Of a stretch of DNA of 64,000 nucleotides, positions 59,394 through 64,000 are shown piece by piece. Both the position numbers and the translations under genes were made by a program. The stretch is from an uncultured Verrucomicrobiae bacterium. GTDB lineage: Bacteria; Chlamydiota; Chlamydiia; Chlamydiales; Rhabdochlamydiaceae. The stretch lies in assembly GCA_963813135.1 (NCBI GenBank), contig CAWEXY010000021.1:142075-206074 (forward strand), read 5' to 3'. The notes under the pieces were generated by a model. It did not search any database. It saw only the letters and a program-made list of their open reading frames with translations, and had not been told where the DNA came from. The number at the start of each line of letters is the position of its first letter. Within the stretch, counting starts at the first letter, position 1.

Positions 59394-60233
59394 ATGCTTC
59401 CACGAAATACCGAATGGCGACAAGGAAGTGTGCTAACACTGGATAGCTCCTATGAATTTGGCCTGTTCGAAAAAACGATATCAGACAAATGTATTGTTGT
59501 TATTTCTCATGATTGTGATTTACCTAATGAAAATGAGGAGCATGTTGAAGTAATTTTGGGTTTAATAGTCGCTTCGGCTGAACCTAGCTATTCTCATGCT
59601 AAAAATATTCGTCGCTTGCATCTCACGTATGCTAACAACCAATCCTCTCTACCCGTTTATATTGAGTTAACACATCCACAACGACGCCTGATTTCTAAAA
59701 CACAATTCGCACGCAATGCAAGACTTGACACTCAACTTGTTTTGCCGCCTGAAGAAAAGCGTGTGTTAAAACAATGGCTTGCCGCCCGCTACGGCAGACC
59801 TGCTTTCCCTAACGCCTTCGAAGACAGGTTAAGAAAAGACAAAAAGTTTGAGCAAAAATTAGCCGATAAGCTGAAACCCTATGAAAACCATTTAATAGGT
59901 ATTTTTTTTGATTTAGGAGAAGAACGGTCTACGGAATTACCACCAGGTACTCCCTATTTCTTAGGCATATCGATGGTTTATAATGCCGAAGGAGGCTCTA
60001 TTTCACGAGAGGAAGTAGAGCAATGCGCCAGTAGCATAACTGCTCTGTTCCACAACACATTCGGGCCTCCACATACAGCCACTGAAATAGCCCTTGAAAG
60101 CTGCCTTGCAATCGCAGACACCCATTTTTCGGCTGCTGACATAAGAAAAGTCGATCAGTGGCGAGTTGATTACATTAGCCTTCGTAAAAATCCATTGGGA
60201 TCTTTTTTAGCTGCCGGACAAACCACTGCTTAA
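59394..60233 (+). CDS. Hypothetical protein with PemK/MazF-like N-terminal pattern
   Basis: WRQGSVL...IVVISHDCDL; WLAARYGRPAFP. Confidence 0.6.
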   Translation: MLPRNTEWRQGSVLTLDSSYEFGLFEKTISDKCIVVISHDCDLPNENEEHVEVILGLIVASAEPSYSHAKNIRRLHLTYANNQSSLPVYIELTHPQRRLISKTQFARNARLDTQLVLPPEEKRVLKQWLAARYGRPAFPNAFEDRLRKDKKFEQKLADKLKPYENHLIGIFFDLGEERSTELPPGTPYFLGISMVYNAEGGSISREEVEQCASSITALFHNTFGPPHTATEIALESCLAIADTHFSAADIRKVDQWRVDYISLRKNPLGSFLAAGQTTA

Positions 60234-60314
60234 AGCTTAAACTTTATGAAAGGCCTTTGTTACACAAGTCAAATAATATTTAACTGCTGGCTCGAAATAT
60301 AATTATCATGCTCC

Positions 60315-60548
60315 TTACTCAGGCATTAACTCTTTCGAAGAGCAACCCAAAGCTTTAGCTAAAGCTACGATGTTTTCTAAAGCGATATTTCTCTCACCGC
60401 GTTCGACCGATCCCACGTATGTAGGATGAAGATTAGCCCTCTCAGCTAGCCCCTCCTGGGTCAGTCCCACCTTGCAACGTCTTACTCTGACTTCTTTGCC
60501 AAATAGGACTCGAAGAGGTGTCTTTTTTCTATTGTGTGACCCAGCCAA
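60315..60548 (-). CDS. XRE-family HTH regulator, R-M controller (C protein)-like
   Basis: FGKEVRVRR..GLTQEGLAERANLHPTYVGSVERGERNIALENIVALAKAL. Confidence 0.88.
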   Translation of the reverse strand: MAGSHNRKKTPLRVLFGKEVRVRRCKVGLTQEGLAERANLHPTYVGSVERGERNIALENIVALAKALGCSSKELMPE

Positions 60549-60600
60549 GTTATACCTTCTTAAATGGAAAGTCTTAGACTAGATTCTCTAAACCCCTTAC

Positions 60601-60638
60601 TCCACAGACTATGAGTACTAAATAATGATTATGAGTAC
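60601..60638 (-). promoter_or_regulatory. C-box-like operator
   Basis: Minus strand GTACTCATAATC...GTACTCATAGTCTGTGGA upstream of the C-like gene. Confidence 0.5.
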
Positions 60639-60719
60639 ACATAATAAGCAAAATTAGATACAATTAATCAAAGTGTTAAACTTTTTTATTTAATTCTATA
60701 ATTAAAAACGAGGATAATT

Positions 60720-61082
60720 ATGAATTTTGGTTCGGATTTGGGTTTTGGAAAATCATTTGGGAAACTGTTTGCAGCAATTGGCTGGGGAATTGGAGCTATG
60801 GTTCTAGGAGGATTATTAGCCGGCTGGGAGGGGGCAACAATTGCTTTATGCGTAATGTGCTATTGGCGTATGTGCGTAATGACGATGGCAGCCCCGCTCA
60901 TAATTGGGTTTACAAAAACTATTGAGAAATTTGAGAAGAGGCAGACTATCAATCAAGCCCTCGTCCAAGATCTTGAAGAAATGAGAGAAAAATTTAATGG
61001 ATTAAGGGAAGAATTTGACGATTTTCAACTAGGCCTAGAAAGAAAAAACGAAAATAAGAAGAAAAAAAACAAAAAGAATTGA
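60720..61082 (+). CDS. Hypothetical membrane protein with coiled coil
   Basis: RBS GAGG, hydrophobic N-terminal half. Confidence 0.6.
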   Translation: MNFGSDLGFGKSFGKLFAAIGWGIGAMVLGGLLAGWEGATIALCVMCYWRMCVMTMAAPLIIGFTKTIEKFEKRQTINQALVQDLEEMREKFNGLREEFDDFQLGLERKNENKKKKNKKN

Positions 61083-61091
61083 TAAGTTAGT

Positions 61092-61493
61092 ATGAAGAAA
61101 ATTTTACAACTTTCCATTTCGCTGATCCTTTTGCTTTCATGCGGAACTGGCATATTTACACTCTGGCAAAACTCTACAAAAAGAGATGAAAAAAAGGCCA
61201 AGCTTGATAATTACTATTTTGAAAAATTAAAATCTGATTGCCGCACATCCAACTATCTTACAACTTCCGGTAGAGAGCAAAGCTTTAAAGCCTGGCAAGT
61301 TATGCGTTATCTAATGGAAAAAACTGAAATCAGTATGCTTGAAGATGGTTATGATAGGGCCGAAATCCAAGAATTGGAAAAGAAAGCTGAGGATGCAGAA
61401 TGTCGGATTGTGTGGGCACAGGAAGCATTCGATAAACGCAAAGCAGCAATTAATGCTCAAAAATCGATAGAACAAGACTCCTCAAAAAAATAA
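61092..61493 (+). CDS. Hypothetical lipoprotein/membrane-anchored protein
   Basis: MKK + hydrophobic stretch + LLSC. Confidence 0.6.
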   Translation: MKKILQLSISLILLLSCGTGIFTLWQNSTKRDEKKAKLDNYYFEKLKSDCRTSNYLTTSGREQSFKAWQVMRYLMEKTEISMLEDGYDRAEIQELEKKAEDAECRIVWAQEAFDKRKAAINAQKSIEQDSSKK

Positions 61494-61695
61494 AACCGTT
61501 CAGCACGCAACAACGATCAAGAAAATTGTAAAAGCATCTATTGCCGCAGCTTTCTTTGCTTCAATAACAACTATCATTCCTATTTGGAGATTAATGCCAA
61601 AATACGAGCCATTTCCTTGGATCATGGCGGGAATACTTTTTATTCTTATGTTTGCAGTCGTTTTTAACGATTGTCATAAATAAACAATCTTTGGT

Positions 61696-61932
61696 TCAAA
61701 AGGCCCTCTGCATAACTTTAATCATGCTTCTAACCCCTTTTCTTTCTGCTATTGCTTCAGCCGAATAAAATCCATGCTTGGTATTTGCTAGCTTTACCCT
61801 CATTTTCCCCTTTTTCGTTTTGGGGCCAGTACTTCGTCCACCATGGATTCTACATCGTCCGTTAGCCATGGCTGGTTGAGAGCATGGTTTGTCTTGATTG
61901 GTTCTTGCTTTCGCTCCGCACATTGCTGACAT
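61696..61932 (-). CDS. HGGxSTG domain protein
   Basis: CGAKAR..PC.QPAMANGRCRIHGGRSTGPKT..KHGFYS. Confidence 0.88.
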   Translation of the reverse strand: MSAMCGAKARTNQDKPCSQPAMANGRCRIHGGRSTGPKTKKGKMRVKLANTKHGFYSAEAIAERKGVRSMIKVMQRAF

Positions 61933-62530
61933 GGGGTATCTCCTCTTTTTCGGGCGGCACCCCCACCCCCTGAAAATTGTTAACGATAGCTTGATTTGTT
62001 AATACTGCATGGGAAACTGTTATTTTTTGCTCCCCTCCTCGGCGACAACGATAAAGAGCTTCAATCGTCTCATTGCAAACGCGAAATAGCTTCACAGCCA
62101 TATTAACTTGAGCTTCTGAATGAGTAATCAGCTCCGCACTTCCGGCTTTTGCTAATCGATTCATACCATGGTGATAGAGGGCAACTGCCTGCGTTAGCAG
62201 TCGTGCTTCAGTTGCATCTTTGGGTTGGAAATCATGTAAACTTTGCGCAATGATATTGAAACACTGATCCATATTATCAGAAGCACGCTCTTCCTTGGGC
62301 AAAATGGGTGAAATGGCCATCACAGCGGTGTAAAAAATATTACCGGCTATTTCTTTATCTTTTGTTCCTGTTATTTGCTTCACAACGTCACCTTTTGCAT
62401 ACTCTGGATCAAGGATAATTTTATTATTACCTTCCTCATCTTTCCATACCTTGAAAGGCGTGGATTCAACCAGTGGCGCCTCCTTGCATTTAACAGACTT
62501 CATTGTAACAACATTGTTTTCTTTAGACAT
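61862..62530 (-). CDS. Hypothetical mobile-element protein
   Basis: QPKDATEARLLTQ...RRGGEQKITVSH..QAIV; RBS GGATGG; overlaps the HGGxSTG gene. Confidence 0.7.
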   Translation of the reverse strand: MSKENNVVTMKSVKCKEAPLVESTPFKVWKDEEGNNKIILDPEYAKGDVVKQITGTKDKEIAGNIFYTAVMAISPILPKEERASDNMDQCFNIIAQSLHDFQPKDATEARLLTQAVALYHHGMNRLAKAGSAELITHSEAQVNMAVKLFRVCNETIEALYRCRRGGEQKITVSHAVLTNQAIVNNFQGVGVPPEKEEIPHVSNVRSESKNQSRQTMLSTSHG

Positions 62531-62567
62531 CTAAGACCATCCTTCTTTTCATCACTCCTAATTTTGG

Positions 62568-62722
62568 GTGTGTAACACGTGTAATTAGCTCTATGCAATG
62601 CAGAGCGGTATCATTGCGAAACAAGCGTGTGTCACGTCTGTACACTTGTTACACATGTTACGCATCGATTTTTTTGATGTGAAACATCTATTTCCCTCAA
62701 TCACGTTACACATGTTTACACC
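62568..62722. repeat. Iteron-like GTTACAC/GTGTAAC repeat cluster
   Basis: GTGTAACACGTGTAA, TGTACACTTGTTACACATGTTAC, GTTACACATGTTTACAC directly downstream of the helicase. Confidence 0.65.
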
Positions 62723-62749
62723 GATAAAGCAGCGAAGCAAGCCATGTGT

Positions 62750-63800
62750 TCATTCTGGATCTCCTAACACCTGTGAAGTAAACACATAACATCGAGCTGT
62801 TTTAGATCTACCTGGCAGCCGAACTGCGCATTGGGTCCGATCCTTTCCTGGTTTTAACAATCCATGCTCTATACAAATCTTTGCAACCAGCCTAGGGTCG
62901 AAACCCTTTGCAATGTCGGAATAAAAGGCTTCTGGTAAAACGTAAAACTCCGTTTCACCATACTCAAATCTCCGGAAACCTGCCCGATTCGTTGTTTTAG
63001 AGTCCTCCGGTCTATCGATCCAAAGACTAAACCGACTCTCTCCATGCTGTTGGAAGAAACGTTTCACTTGAGCAATAATCATCCGTTGTTCATTCGACTC
63101 AATACCTCCTCGTATGTCTAGCCAGCTTTGAAAACCTACCAATGCAGCTTCTAGGCATTGTCCCCGCTCGAATGGAATAATTCCAAATCGTGAAGCAGTC
63201 TTCCAGCAACGCCGACAAGCCCAAAACGGGCTAGAGCCCTGCCCACTATGGGATCGGCACCTTTTGGCAAGTTCTGTTAATAAAGTTTTTCAACATTTCC
63301 CTACCAGCACGAATTGTTCCATCAAGGTCCTTTACCAAAGAAGATATAAAAGCCCCTCCTGCAGTGCCGTAATATAGCCGACACTTCTCTATTAAGTTCT
63401 CTGCAAAATTCCTACCATCTTCGAATCCGTGTAAAGTCTCGAACATCCCATGCCGGCCCCGCTTGCGCAGAAATTTCCAAAAGTCGTACCTCTTGTCCAC
63501 CCTTCATTTTTTTCCCGGCGTCTTCCATGTGTTGCGCAAGACCAATTTCTCCAGAAGATAAAAATACAATTCGCCAAACAAGACTATCTTTTGCAAGACC
63601 GTTCTGATACGCCCGCCCCTTACCCAATCCCATTCGCCAACATATAGGCACAGTTACCAACTTCAGCAGAATCGCACTGTCCCATTTCATCTAGTACGAG
63701 AAGCCCATCATTATGCATATAAGCAGTGCCTTCAAGGCCATTTATTGTGCTTCGCCAGGAGCGCGCTTTTTGCTCAACAGGCCGGACTCACCCTCGGCGG
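62750..63800 (-). pseudogene. DUF927/Cch-like helicase with several frameshifts (5' extent uncertain)
   Basis: Fragments SWRSTINGLEG, HNDGLLVLDEMGQ, GKGRA, WRIVFLSSGE, GGQEVRLLEI, YGTAG and FFQQHGESRF in different frames. Confidence 0.8.
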
Positions 63801-64000
63801 ACACTTTGTCCCCAAAGACTCAATGTACGTCTTCCTGTTCTTTGGGAATTCGGTGATGTCGGGCAGAGACATCACCTCCAGACACGATTTCCAATAACTT
63901 CGCATGGAAATATGTCATGACAAACAACTACGGTCTTTGCACGGGGAACCTGTCCGCCGCATTATTGCTGGCAGCCTGGTATTGATCCGATGTGTTTCGA

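Larger units (their letters stand above)
57676..64000. mobile_element. Integrative element (satellite/PICI-like) at tRNA-Phe, continuing beyond the window
   Basis: att fragment, AT-rich cargo, XRE regulator, HGGxSTG gene, iteron-like repeats, DUF927 helicase; no integrase within the window. Confidence 0.75.

Overview
Window from an environmental Chlamydiota genome, judged from the chlamydial 16S 5' signature AGAATTTGATCTTGGTTCAG, the hctA-rlmD-yajC synteny and the lspA-dksA-nrdR order. Core genes include mfd, efp/epmA, nadE, htpG, kdsD, icd, a 2-oxoacid dehydrogenase E2, lpxK (frameshifted), gmhA, cinA, znuACB and rplU-rpmA-obgE. They are interleaved with candidate host-interaction genes (LRR, ankyrin, OTU, U-box, Inc-like, a two-partner secretion pair, three tandem porin-like OMPs). 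A minus-strand rRNA operon (16S-23S-5S) carries two group I introns in 23S: one at L1923 with an I-CeuI-like endonuclease, and an ORF-less one at ~L2533 whose 5' splice site lacks the canonical U-G pair. The right end is an integrative element bounded by a tRNA-Phe 3' fragment. Most notable: (1) a NYN/PIN nuclease gene preceded by a promoter and a duplicated, covarying two-hairpin RNA ending in a U-tract (type III toxin-antitoxin-like layout); (2) the non-canonical intron; (3) a TIGR04255-like/HTH/PemK-like three-gene cassette in the island; (4) a 111-bp IS200/IS605-type mini-element in two identical copies. Product calls rest on remembered motifs, not database searches; rRNA ends and alternative start codons are approximate.
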